A stretch of DNA of 64,000 nucleotides from Alphaproteobacteria bacterium (GCA_030750865.1 JASMHE010000010.1:86534-150533); one strand, 5' to 3'; counted from the first letter of the stretch, positions 1 to 8,412 are shown. The notes: generated by a model from the sequence alone, not told the origin. Made by a program: numbers and translations.

Positions 1-383
1 ATGCGGTTCCACGCCGTTAAGATCAGGGTCAGGGCAACGGCATTATGCGCCATGATCCAGATAAAGCCGAGGCCCATCCAGTGCTGGGTGAAGAAGATAT
101 AGGTCCAGGACCAGTTCAGGGCCATATAGCCGACAAACAGCCCGATCAGCACGGCGTTTTTCTGATGGTCTTTCCGGTGTGTCCAGAGCGCATGGCCCGC
201 CGCCGCAATCAGCGCGTAAAGCAGCGTCCACATGATCGGGAACGCCATATTCGGCGGTGTGAATGGCGGCGCTTGCAAGGACGCATACCAGCCGTCAACA
301 TCCCCTTGTGTTGCAATGCCGATAGCCATTGAAATGGCTTCGAACGCAACAATCCAAAGGAAAAGGGAAAAGGTGTTTTTCAT
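1..383 (-). CDS. tspO: TspO/MBR family tryptophan-rich sensory protein (5' part only; the 3' end lies beyond position 1)
   Basis: Absent from the ORF track because it runs off the window. Reverse-strand translation from ATG at 383..381 gives [71 protein letters not shown]... This fits the TspO pattern (WY-x-x-L-x-x-P-x-x-x-PP ... W-x-x-LY) in a multi-TM context. The start ATG overlaps the lepA stop (TGATG). Confidence 0.75.
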   Translation of the reverse strand, partial: MKNTFSLFLWIVAFEAISMAIGIATQGDVDGWYASLQAPPFTPPNMAFPIMWTLLYALIAAAGHALWTHRKDHQKNAVLIGLFVGYMALNWSWTYIFFTQHWMGLGFIWIMAHNAVALTLILTAWNR

Positions 384-2200
384 CATTCATCTCCCATTTT
401 CAGGGCGTTGATGAAGGCGCTTTGCGGGATTTCGACATTGCCGTACTGGCGCATTTTTGCCTTCCCTTTTTTCTGCTTTTCAAGCAATTTACGTTTCCGC
501 GTCACATCACCACCGTAACATTTTGCCGTCACGTCTTTGCGCATGGCGCTGACCGTTTCGCGGGCAATAATCTTGCCCCCGATGGCGGCCTGAATGGCGA
601 TCTTGAACATCTGGCGCGGCACAAGTTCTTTCAGTCGTTCGCACAGCTGGCGACCGCGCGCTTCGGCGCCGCTGCGGTGCACGATCATGGCCAGCGCATC
701 AACAGGTTCTTCGTTGACGCGGATTTCCATTTTGACCAGATCATTTTTGCCGTATCCGTCAAGTTCGTAATCAAAGCTGGCATAGCCGCGTGAAATGGAT
801 TTCAGGCGGTCGTAAAAATCGAAGACAACTTCGTTCAGCGGCAGACGATAAACCAGCATGACGCGGTTACCTGCATAGGTCAGGTCAAGCTGTGTGCCGC
901 GGCGTTCTTCGCATAATTTCAGCAAGCCGCCGACATATTCATTCGGTGTCAGAATGGTGGCCTTGATCCACGGTTCTTCGACATGTTCGATTGACACGAC
1001 GTCCGGCATATCGGCCGGATTGTAAAGTTCGGTCATCTCGCCATCCGTTTTATAGATATGATACACAACGCTGGGCGCGGTCGGGATCAGATCAAGATCA
1101 AATTCACGGTCAAGACGTTCTTGAATGATTTCCATGTGTAACAGGCCGAGGAAGCCGCAGCGGAAGCCAAGCCCCAGTGCCTGCGAATTTTCCGGTTCGA
1201 AATGCAGGGCCGCATCGTTCAGCTTCAGCTTGCCTAAGGAATCGCGCAGCTGTTCGAAATCGCCGGCATCGGCGGGGAACAGGGAGCAAAATACCATCGG
1301 CACGCTTGGTTTGAAACCGTCCAGTTTTCCATCGCACGGGCGTTTTTCTTCGGTAATAGTGTCACCGACCTGTGTTTCTTCGATATCTTTGATCGAGGCC
1401 GTGATGAAGCCCATTTCACCGGGGCCCATATCGTCGAGCAAGACAGGTTTTGGTGTAAACATACCAACGCGGTCGATATCGCGTACGGCGCGCGTATTCA
1501 TGAATTGAATGCGCTGGCCTTTTTTGAGTTTGCCGTCCAGCACGCGCACCAGAATCATGACGCCGAGGTAAATATCGTACCAGCTGTCCACCAGCAATGC
1601 TTTCAGCGGTTTTGTTTCGTCGCCTTCGTGCGGAGGCGGCAGCCGGTCAACGATGGCCTGTAGAAGTTCCTGAATGCCTTCGCCTGTCTTGGCAGAGCAC
1701 AGGATCGCATCATCAGCGGGCAGACCGATCACATCTTCGATTTCCTGAATGACGCGGTCGGGTTCGGCTGCGGGCAGGTCGATTTTATTGATGACCGGAA
1801 TAATGTCATGATCATTATCAATGGCCTGATACACGTTGGCCAGCGTCTGTGCTTCGACCCCTTGTGAGGCATCAACAACCAGAAGGGATCCTTCGCACGC
1901 TGCCAGTGAGCGTGATACTTCGTATGAAAAATCAACGTGGCCGGGTGTGTCCATCAGGTTGAATTGGTATTCAACACCGTCTGCAGCGGTAAAGGCAAGG
2001 CGGACTGTCTGCGCCTTGATTGTAATGCCGCGTTCGCGCTCGATATCCATTGAATCAAGCACTTGTTCTTTCATTTCACGGTCCTCCAGGCCGCCGCACT
2101 CTTGTATCAGGCGGTCAGCGAGTGTGGATTTTCCATGATCGATATGCGCGATAATCGCAAAGTTTCGAATTTGTTTTAAAGGTTTTGTCATGACACGCAT
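383..2200 (-). CDS. lepA: Elongation factor 4 (LepA), translational GTPase
   Basis: 605-aa ORF. It has the N-terminal G domain [29 protein letters not shown] and NKIDL motifs, and a full-length LepA-like C-terminus. The start could be M1 (2200) or M4 (2191). Confidence 0.97.
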   Translation of the reverse strand: MRVMTKPLKQIRNFAIIAHIDHGKSTLADRLIQECGGLEDREMKEQVLDSMDIERERGITIKAQTVRLAFTAADGVEYQFNLMDTPGHVDFSYEVSRSLAACEGSLLVVDASQGVEAQTLANVYQAIDNDHDIIPVINKIDLPAAEPDRVIQEIEDVIGLPADDAILCSAKTGEGIQELLQAIVDRLPPPHEGDETKPLKALLVDSWYDIYLGVMILVRVLDGKLKKGQRIQFMNTRAVRDIDRVGMFTPKPVLLDDMGPGEMGFITASIKDIEETQVGDTITEEKRPCDGKLDGFKPSVPMVFCSLFPADAGDFEQLRDSLGKLKLNDAALHFEPENSQALGLGFRCGFLGLLHMEIIQERLDREFDLDLIPTAPSVVYHIYKTDGEMTELYNPADMPDVVSIEHVEEPWIKATILTPNEYVGGLLKLCEERRGTQLDLTYAGNRVMLVYRLPLNEVVFDFYDRLKSISRGYASFDYELDGYGKNDLVKMEIRVNEEPVDALAMIVHRSGAEARGRQLCERLKELVPRQMFKIAIQAAIGGKIIARETVSAMRKDVTAKCYGGDVTRKRKLLEKQKKGKAKMRQYGNVEIPQSAFINALKMGDE

Positions 2201-2303
2201 ACATAAAGGGTTTTGAAAGAAATTTCCATTCTTTTCTGCCTGTTTCAGTCAAAGAATTCACGCCATTATTTATGGGTTTGTTTGGGGGCTTGTTTCAGGG
2301 CAT

Positions 2304-2332
2304 TTTTCAAATAAGTTTGCGTTATGTATAAT
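2304..2332 (+). promoter_or_regulatory. Candidate sigma-70-type promoter for the 152-aa gene
   Basis: TTTTCA (2304-2309), a 17-nt spacer, then a perfect TATAAT (2327-2332), 54 nt upstream of the ATG at 2386. By eye only. Confidence 0.3.
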
Positions 2333-2385
2333 TACTGTTATATGATGGCGCATCCAAAACAGGGTAAAATAAAAGGGCGTCATTT

Positions 2386-2844
2386 ATGTTTGAAAAATTA
2401 TCGGCACGCGTTAGTGCCTTATTCGCAAAGAAGCCGAAGGTTCTGGTTGATTTGGCGACATATCAAAAAGGATATCAGCGTACGGTCTGGTACACGGCCG
2501 GCACCGATCTGGAGCGCAACATATTCGATCAGTGTTTTGAACAGGATGTTGATTGTCTGGATATTGACGAGGCCGGACAGGTCAGCCGCGATGCGCTTGT
2601 CTCTATTGTCGGTACGGCGATGAATATTGCACTGGACTCGCAAATCAGAAAAAACATGGAAACGGCAGATGATCATGAGCGAGCCACGTTGCGTACGCAG
2701 TTGCATCGTGGCCGTGATATCAAGGATAGCGCGGACGTTTTTGTGACTGTGGCGTTACAACAAGGTGAACATCTGTTGGCGCAAGAGCAGGGGCGTGTCA
2801 CGTATTTAAGACTAGTGCCAAACCCATCAAGCGCCCCATCGTAA
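2386..2844 (+). CDS. Hypothetical protein, 152 aa, no recognised motif
   Basis: ATG start preceded by AAAGGG about 10 nt upstream. Followed by a strong hairpin terminator. The composition is ordinary and I recognise no family signature. Confidence 0.6.
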   Translation: MFEKLSARVSALFAKKPKVLVDLATYQKGYQRTVWYTAGTDLERNIFDQCFEQDVDCLDIDEAGQVSRDALVSIVGTAMNIALDSQIRKNMETADDHERATLRTQLHRGRDIKDSADVFVTVALQQGEHLLAQEQGRVTYLRLVPNPSSAPS

Positions 2845-2892
2845 ATCGGTATATATGATTTTCCATTTCCTGCTTGTGAGGCAGGCATAATA

Positions 2893-2914
2893 AAAGGGCG
2901 CAAATGCGCCCTTT
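2893..2914. terminator. Bidirectional rho-independent terminator between convergent genes
   Basis: AAAGGGCGC (2893-2901), loop AAAT, GCGCCCTTT (2906-2914), giving a 9-bp GC-rich stem. T-rich tails on both strands (TTTGTTGTATT on +, TTTTATTATG on -). Confidence 0.65.
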
Positions 2915-2944
2915 GTTGTATTCGTATCATATACCCTTTCAGGT

Positions 2945-3160
2945 TTACATGCCGAGGCCACCTGGACCGCCCGGTCCGCTTGGGTCGACTTTGTCCATAC
3001 CGGGTGCTTGTGCAACTTCCGGTGCCGGACCTTGTACTGCAAGGTTAAAGGCGTTCTGGGCATATGCCTGACTCATTACCGGTTCACTTGTTCCGAGTTC
3101 GCCTGGTGTTCCCACTTGCGCCTGAATCTCTGTAATTTCTTCCAATCCTGTCATGTTCAT
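2945..3160 (-). CDS. Hypothetical small acidic protein, 71 aa, Gly/Pro-rich C-terminus
   Basis: ATG preceded by AGGGG 6-7 nt upstream. The sequence ends ...VQGPAPEVAQAPGMDKVDPSGPGGPGGLGM. About 8 acidic versus 1 basic residue. No family recognised. Confidence 0.5.
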   Translation of the reverse strand: MNMTGLEEITEIQAQVGTPGELGTSEPVMSQAYAQNAFNLAVQGPAPEVAQAPGMDKVDPSGPGGPGGLGM

Positions 3161-3237
3161 AGTACCCCTGTGTTGTCTAACTATAATAAGAATACATAAA
3201 AAGGGTTTAAAATTGGTTAAGATAAGGGGGGTATGTC

Positions 3238-3564
3238 TTAAATATGATGAATAATCAGCGGCAGGTATCCATGTTCGACCGCTTCGCCGTCAACGGCAGG
3301 CATTTCAACGATTTGCACCTGATAGGAGTTCTGCAGATATTTGCCCAGACGGGGTTCGATCGGCAGACCGAAGTCGCGCGTATCGCCATCTTCCATAATT
3401 AACATAAGCTGGCCATCTGTGATGTCATATTCCAGCCATGACAATTCCTTTGTAAAGGGTTTGTCATGAATCAGAATCGCCTCGGCCGTGTTCGTCACCA
3501 TAAGTTCGACACGAACATTCTGGTCCATCAAGAGGCCTTTATTATATTCTTGTTGCTGATTCAT
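3238..3564 (-). CDS. Hypothetical small acidic protein, 108 aa
   Basis: Complete ORF in the same orientation as its neighbours. About 18 D/E versus 7 K/R by my count. It shows weak collinear similarity to the adjacent 116-aa protein. No family recognised. Confidence 0.6.
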   Translation of the reverse strand: MNQQQEYNKGLLMDQNVRVELMVTNTAEAILIHDKPFTKELSWLEYDITDGQLMLIMEDGDTRDFGLPIEPRLGKYLQNSYQVQIVEMPAVDGEAVEHGYLPLIIHHI

Positions 3565-3619
3565 TGTCCGGTTAACCCTAGAAAAGCAGATTCAAGCTGA
3601 AATAATAAGGTGTATTTTG

Positions 3620-3631
3620 TTTTATTTCAAT
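3620..3631 (-). promoter_or_regulatory. Short copy of the recurrent TTTTATTTCAAT element (ATTGAAATAAAA in gene orientation)
   Basis: The exact 12-mer TTTTATTTCAAT lies 56 nt upstream of the 108-aa gene start. In gene orientation it reads TTGAAA, a 17-nt spacer, then TATTAT, which resembles a -35/-10 pair. Confidence 0.35.
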
Positions 3632-3656
3632 GATGTTTCCGTGAAATAGGGGTGTT

Positions 3657-4007
3657 TTACGCGGTTTCTTTGATGTGCGGGGCGTTCGGGTCATCGCGTT
3701 TGACGGCGACTTCACTGGCTGCGACCGGCAGTTTGTTCCGCATGTCGATCTGGAAAAGCGCCACATTGTCCGTTTGTTTGAATTTTTCCAGCAAATCGTC
3801 TTTCAGCGCGCTTCCGAGCCGTTGCACCGTATGGTTTTTGTAGTGAAATAAAAGTGTACCGGTTTCGGTTGAAACGGAGACATAATCAACCTCATCACGT
3901 AACGGCTTTTCGTAAAGAATGGATATTTCATCACGGTCCGTGCTTGCGTAAATATCAACAAGCATTTCATCTGTTAGCGCATGTTCAAGTAAATTTATGT
4001 CCGGCAT
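3657..4007 (-). CDS. Hypothetical small acidic protein, 116 aa
   Basis: Complete ORF. About 22 D/E versus 13 K/R. Weak collinear similarity to the 108-aa neighbour. I see no obvious Shine-Dalgarno sequence. Confidence 0.55.
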   Translation of the reverse strand: MPDINLLEHALTDEMLVDIYASTDRDEISILYEKPLRDEVDYVSVSTETGTLLFHYKNHTVQRLGSALKDDLLEKFKQTDNVALFQIDMRNKLPVAASEVAVKRDDPNAPHIKETA

Positions 4008-4057
4008 TTTTCAACTTACGAGCGTGGAAAAGGATCAGGATGATCCCTATATGCTAA

Positions 4058-4085
4058 AAGCATAGCAGAAAAACCTGCTATGCTT
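4058..4085 (-). terminator. Hairpin downstream of the 491-aa gene (candidate terminator)
   Basis: AAGCATAGCAG (4058-4068), loop AAAAAC, CTGCTATGCTT (4075-4085), a perfect 11-bp stem. On the minus strand the stem is followed by TTTTAGCAT, a short U-tract. Confidence 0.5.
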
Positions 4086-4116
4086 ATAGTCCTATTTTTG
4101 AATAAATTATCGATTC

Positions 4117-5592
4117 TTAGCTCAAAGCCAGTTCGTCATTTCCAACAGCCGGGCCTTCTCTTTCCTGATCAAGGCCAGCAACGGCATCACCAAGACCAAG
4201 ACTGTCTCCGAATTGTGTGACGATACGGCCCTGGATCATGTCAACTGTCATGCTCTGGAAGCGTTCGACGAGACCGTCAAGCGCGCCGCCGAACAATGAA
4301 TTTGCCATTGAAAGCATGCTTGCCGCACCTGAAAGCAATTGGAATTTGATACTTTCCGCGTTGAAACCAAGAAGGTTATCACTGCCGAAGTTCATGTTTT
4401 CGCCAATCATGGAGGCTTGTCTAAAGCGTTCCGTGAGTGATCCTTCGCCTTGTGCGAATGCGCGCAGAGAATCACGTCCGATACCCATCATCCGTTCTTC
4501 TGCTGTTCCGGCAGTTGCGGACGGATCGATACCTGCGTCCGGATCACTTGGATCGGCGGCCACGACATCGCCATCTGCTGCTGGGTCTGCTTCTTCGGAT
4601 GAGAAATCAAGACCTGTTGCTTCCGGTGTTGCGGCGATCCAGTCACCCATTTCTAAGGCAAGACTATCTGCGCCGACAAAATCAAGTGTTGCGATTGTGG
4701 CTTCTGTCGCACCGACAGGAACATCGACGAACAGATCGTGAAAGCTGCCCTGAATGGCTTCTGCTTTACTTTCGTCCATGACATAGTGCCTGATACCGGC
4801 ATCTGTTACCAGAAAACCACCAGTTGCAGATACGATAGAGCGTCTGATAGCAACGGCTTCTCTGGTTGGTAGCTCGATATCTGTCAAGCGTCCGCCACGA
4901 TCTGCGAGATCCTGCAATGTGCGTCTTTGTCCACGAGACAAAAGGCTTGCATAGTCAGGATCGGCAAGTCTGCGTGCTGCATCTTCCGCATCGATTGACA
5001 TCTTTTGTGTGTGTTTGCTCAGCACAGCGCGTTTCAGACCATTGTCCCAAAGGGCGCGACCTGAGGCCATTGCCATGTTGCCCATACGAACAACGCCGCG
5101 TTGTGCAATGTCGCCGCCAATTTCAAAGAAACGTGTTGCGATTTGCTGTGATTGTTGTGCGATGCGCGCTGAACGAGACATAATCGCAGGTGCAGCTGAT
5201 TCCATCGCTCTTGCGAGTTCCGGTGAAGAGCTCAGGTTTCGTGACATAAAGCTGTTAAACTCGTCTGTGTTACGAATGGCGCCCGGACCAACACGGGTTA
5301 ACCGTGAAGAGGCCTGTTCAAAAACGCTTGCATTCTCACTCAGGGTGCGTGTTGCGCGTTGCAGTGTACCTGCAAATTCACCTGAGTTCAGCGCTGCGCG
5401 TGTTGCATCATCAATGTGCTCTGAACCTCTGACGCCATCAAGAAATGTATCAAGGCGTGATGCGTCACCGCTGCGGATCACATCGGCGAGTTCATCGCCA
5501 TGATGTAACAGCAGGTCATCAAGCGCTTGGCTGTGTGAGGCTAAGCCTCTAAAGCCTTTAAGTGCTGATCTGATTAATGCGTTCGGTGTCAT
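4117..5592 (-). CDS. Hypothetical protein, 491 aa, with an acidic D/P/A-rich internal linker
   Basis: Long uninterrupted ORF. AAGGA lies about 9 nt upstream of the ATG, which is 34 nt downstream of the 321-aa gene stop, suggesting an operon. No signal peptide, TM segment or catalytic motif recognised. Confidence 0.7.
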   Translation of the reverse strand: MTPNALIRSALKGFRGLASHSQALDDLLLHHGDELADVIRSGDASRLDTFLDGVRGSEHIDDATRAALNSGEFAGTLQRATRTLSENASVFEQASSRLTRVGPGAIRNTDEFNSFMSRNLSSSPELARAMESAAPAIMSRSARIAQQSQQIATRFFEIGGDIAQRGVVRMGNMAMASGRALWDNGLKRAVLSKHTQKMSIDAEDAARRLADPDYASLLSRGQRRTLQDLADRGGRLTDIELPTREAVAIRRSIVSATGGFLVTDAGIRHYVMDESKAEAIQGSFHDLFVDVPVGATEATIATLDFVGADSLALEMGDWIAATPEATGLDFSSEEADPAADGDVVAADPSDPDAGIDPSATAGTAEERMMGIGRDSLRAFAQGEGSLTERFRQASMIGENMNFGSDNLLGFNAESIKFQLLSGAASMLSMANSLFGGALDGLVERFQSMTVDMIQGRIVTQFGDSLGLGDAVAGLDQEREGPAVGNDELALS

Positions 5593-5626
5593 TGGTTCCG
5601 TCCTTTTCTTTTATTTATTCTTTGTC

Positions 5627-6592
5627 TTATGCCGCAGCGCCAAGTGTCATGCCCGGGATAGGTGTCGCCGGTGTAATATCCTGCGCTTGCGTATTAAATT
5701 CGCTTGTCAGTTTGTCCATGTAAGCAATCATTGCCTGATCTGGATCGATTGCTGTTTCAAATCCTGCTGACAGACCGCCGCTTTGTCCAAGTGTAAACTC
5801 GCTATCTGTTGCACGTGGTGCGGATGCATCTCTGTCCAGTGTTGTTGTTTCAGGTTCTGCAACAGGCTCCGATGCTGAAATTCCCATTCTCTCAAGTTGT
5901 GTGTCGTATTCATCAATTGTCGCATCCATCTCCGAGATAACGCCATCAACAACCATTTGGTTTGCAAATTCGGCTTCTTGTTGATCTTGGCCGATATTCG
6001 TTGTGATGGAGTGTGTTGTCACTGCACCTTCGAGTGTCAGCGCTGCGGCTGAATTAAACGGGCTCATAATGCGTGCTGTGTTTACAGCTGCAGTTCCTGC
6101 GCGGGCTGCAATGCTACCGCCGCGAACCGCTGCGAGTGCTGCACCGCCGGCACCGGCTGTGGCTGCGGACACTGCGATAAATGTACCAACTTCGAATACG
6201 CCTTGTGTACCGTACATCATTGCACGTTCATAATCGTTACGTGGCTCTGTGAATTGTCCAAGTCCACTTAATGATTCTGTGCAACTGAAATCTGTTTTGT
6301 CCAAATCAACGCCAGGAACAAGGTTGACGCCATGTCTGATGCCGTGGTTATAGGCCATAAGACCGAGGTCTCCGACAGCGCCAACCGTGCCGGTTACGCC
6401 GTTAACAACACCCTGTCCTGCAACTTGAAGCATACGGCCTGGATTTTCGACGGCGTATGATGCAAAGCCGGAAACAGCATCTGATGCTGCTTCGAATGTT
6501 TCACGTGGGTGTGTTACAGCATGAGAGACGCTTGACGCGACGCTAGAGGCTGTGTCTGAAAGCCAATCTTTTGCTGAACTAAAGAAACCCAT
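5627..6592 (-). CDS. Hypothetical protein, 321 aa, Ser-rich N-terminus and Gly/Ala-rich hydrophobic segments
   Basis: ATG preceded by GGAAGGAAAAGGG. The N-terminus is MGFFSSAKDWLSDTASSVASSVSHA. Small-residue hydrophobic stretches include GVVNGVTGTVGAVGDLGLMAY and FEVGTFIAVSAATAGAGGAALAAVRGGSIAARAGTAAV. No family recognised. Confidence 0.7.
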   Translation of the reverse strand: MGFFSSAKDWLSDTASSVASSVSHAVTHPRETFEAASDAVSGFASYAVENPGRMLQVAGQGVVNGVTGTVGAVGDLGLMAYNHGIRHGVNLVPGVDLDKTDFSCTESLSGLGQFTEPRNDYERAMMYGTQGVFEVGTFIAVSAATAGAGGAALAAVRGGSIAARAGTAAVNTARIMSPFNSAAALTLEGAVTTHSITTNIGQDQQEAEFANQMVVDGVISEMDATIDEYDTQLERMGISASEPVAEPETTTLDRDASAPRATDSEFTLGQSGGLSAGFETAIDPDQAMIAYMDKLTSEFNTQAQDITPATPIPGMTLGAAA

Positions 6593-6698
6593 TTCGTGTA
6601 CCCTTTTCCTTCCGTTTTAATCTTGCCCCTATTATGGTGAGGAAAACTGAAGAAATCGTTAACAAAATGGGTTATGAGAAATAAAATTAAAATAAGAA

Positions 6699-6744
6699 TC
6701 TTTTTATTTCAATGGGTTAATAATATAAAATTTTATGTAATTTT
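6699..6744 (-). promoter_or_regulatory. Bipartite AT-rich element shared with the ctrA-fliI intergenic region
   Basis: TCTTTTTATTTCAAT (6699-6713) and TTTTATGTAATTTT (6731-6744) are both identical to 42059-42073 and 42089-42102. The element starts 107 nt upstream of the 321-aa gene start. In gene orientation it reads TTGAAA, 17 nt, then TAATTT. Confidence 0.5.
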
Positions 6745-6762
6745 TATGTTTTTACATAGAAA

Positions 6763-8412
6763 TTAATGTCTGAAGTGGCGCATATCGGTAAATATCATCG
6801 CCAGACCGCGTTCATTTGCGGCCTCGATGACTTCATCGTCACGAATAGAGCCGCCGGGTTGTATTACGGCTGTGACCCCCGCATCAGCGGCGGCAATCAG
6901 GCCATCAGGGAAGGGGAAGAATGCATCGGACGCAACCACAGACCCTTTGGCCAGTGACTCTTCCAATCCGGCTTGTTCAGCGGCTTCGATCGCTTTGCGT
7001 GCGGCGATGCGGCTTGAATCAATGCGGCTCATCTGGCCGGCGCCGATACCGGCTGTGGCATTATCCTTTGCATATATAATGGCATTGGATTTCACGTGTT
7101 TTGCAACTTTGAAGGCGAAAATCATGTCGCGCAGCTCTTCATCCGTCGGTTCACGGTCCGTGACAACGCGCAGCGCATCAGGGTCAATCTGGCCGTTATC
7201 CGATGTTTGTACCAGAAGACTGCCGGATAGTGTTTTGACGTTCAGGCGTCTTTGTGTCGGATCGGGCATGGCGCCTGTGGTTAGAACGCGCAGCTTTTCT
7301 TTCTTCGAGAGGATGTTCAGCGCTTCGTTTTCAATAGAAGGTGCGATAATGACTTCGCAGAACAGCTTTGACATTTCAATCGCGGCTTCGGCATTCAGCG
7401 GCTTGTTCATGGCAATAATGCCGCCAAATGCACTGACCGGATCACAGCGCAGGGCTTTTTGATAAGCTTCTGTAATATCCTTGCCGATGGCAACACCGGC
7501 CGGATTGGCGTGTTTGATAATGGCAACGGCCGGGTCTGTGAACTCGGAAATAAGTTCGAACGCGGCATCTGTGTCGTTCAGATTGTTATAAGATAGCTCT
7601 TTGCCTTGCACTTGTGTTGCCGTTGCAACGCCCGGACGGTTTGTGCCGTCCAGATACAGCGCGGCCATTTGGTGCGGGTTTTCGCCATAACGTAGTGTGT
7701 TTTGCAGCGTGCCTGTGAAGCTGAGCTTCTCGGGGAAGTATGAATCTTTATCGGTCGGATCATCCTGTCCGAGAAACCAGTTTGCAATATGGGCATCGTA
7801 ATGGGCTGTGTGTGCAAAGGCTTTTGCGCCGAGCTTTTTGCGTGTTTCGTACGAAACGGCTCCTTCATATGCGCCAAGCTCTTCGATCAGGGCGTCATAA
7901 TCTGCCGGATCGGTGACAACGGTCACATAGGCATGGTTCTTGGCCGCCGCACGAATCATAGCCGGGCCGCCAATATCGATGTTCTCGATACAGTTTTCCG
8001 CATCTGCGCCGGATGAAACGGTTTCGGTGAAGGGGTAAAGATTAACGACAAGCATGTCGATATCGCCGATATCATTGTCTGACATGGCGTTCTGATGCGC
8101 TTCTTTGTCGCGGATGGCCAGCAGACCGCCGTGAATCTTCGGGTGCAGCGTTTTGACGCGGCCATCCATGATTTCAGGAAAGCCTGTATAGTCTGAAACA
8201 TCTGTGACGGGAATATTCATGTCTTTGATGGCTTTTGCTGTTCCGCCCGTTGACAGAATTTCAACACCTGCGTCATGCAAGGCTTTGGCAAGATCGTTGA
8301 TTTTGTTTTTATCTGACAGTGAAATCAGCGCGCGCTTGATTTTGATGCGTTTATCGGTTTGCGCTGTGTGCTGGGGTGTATCTGTTTTGTTTTCTGCCAT
8401 AAGCGATGCCAT
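6763..8412 (-). CDS. purH: Bifunctional AICAR transformylase / IMP cyclohydrolase
   Basis: 549-aa ORF. It has an MGS-like N-terminal domain ([12 protein letters not shown]...STGGTAK) and a typical PurH C-terminus ending ...[11 protein letters not shown]. Confidence 0.97.
   Translation of the reverse strand: MASLMAENKTDTPQHTAQTDKRIKIKRALISLSDKNKINDLAKALHDAGVEILSTGGTAKAIKDMNIPVTDVSDYTGFPEIMDGRVKTLHPKIHGGLLAIRDKEAHQNAMSDNDIGDIDMLVVNLYPFTETVSSGADAENCIENIDIGGPAMIRAAAKNHAYVTVVTDPADYDALIEELGAYEGAVSYETRKKLGAKAFAHTAHYDAHIANWFLGQDDPTDKDSYFPEKLSFTGTLQNTLRYGENPHQMAALYLDGTNRPGVATATQVQGKELSYNNLNDTDAAFELISEFTDPAVAIIKHANPAGVAIGKDITEAYQKALRCDPVSAFGGIIAMNKPLNAEAAIEMSKLFCEVIIAPSIENEALNILSKKEKLRVLTTGAMPDPTQRRLNVKTLSGSLLVQTSDNGQIDPDALRVVTDREPTDEELRDMIFAFKVAKHVKSNAIIYAKDNATAGIGAGQMSRIDSSRIAARKAIEAAEQAGLEESLAKGSVVASDAFFPFPDGLIAAADAGVTAVIQPGGSIRDDEVIEAANERGLAMIFTDMRHFRH

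Noticed and set aside
4217-5503. Plus-strand ORFs of 174, 114, 105 and 164 aa opposite the 491-aa gene
   Set aside because: They overlap one another and the much longer uninterrupted minus-strand ORF. They have Ser/Arg/Pro-rich low-complexity translations and no SD. The minus-strand reading is preferred, although the 491-aa protein itself has no known homologue to confirm it.
2201-6762. The unknown cluster as a mobile genomic island or prophage remnant
   Set aside because: There is no integrase, transposase, phage-like gene, tRNA attachment site or flanking direct repeat. Base composition looks similar to the surrounding genes by eye. There is no positive evidence for mobility.
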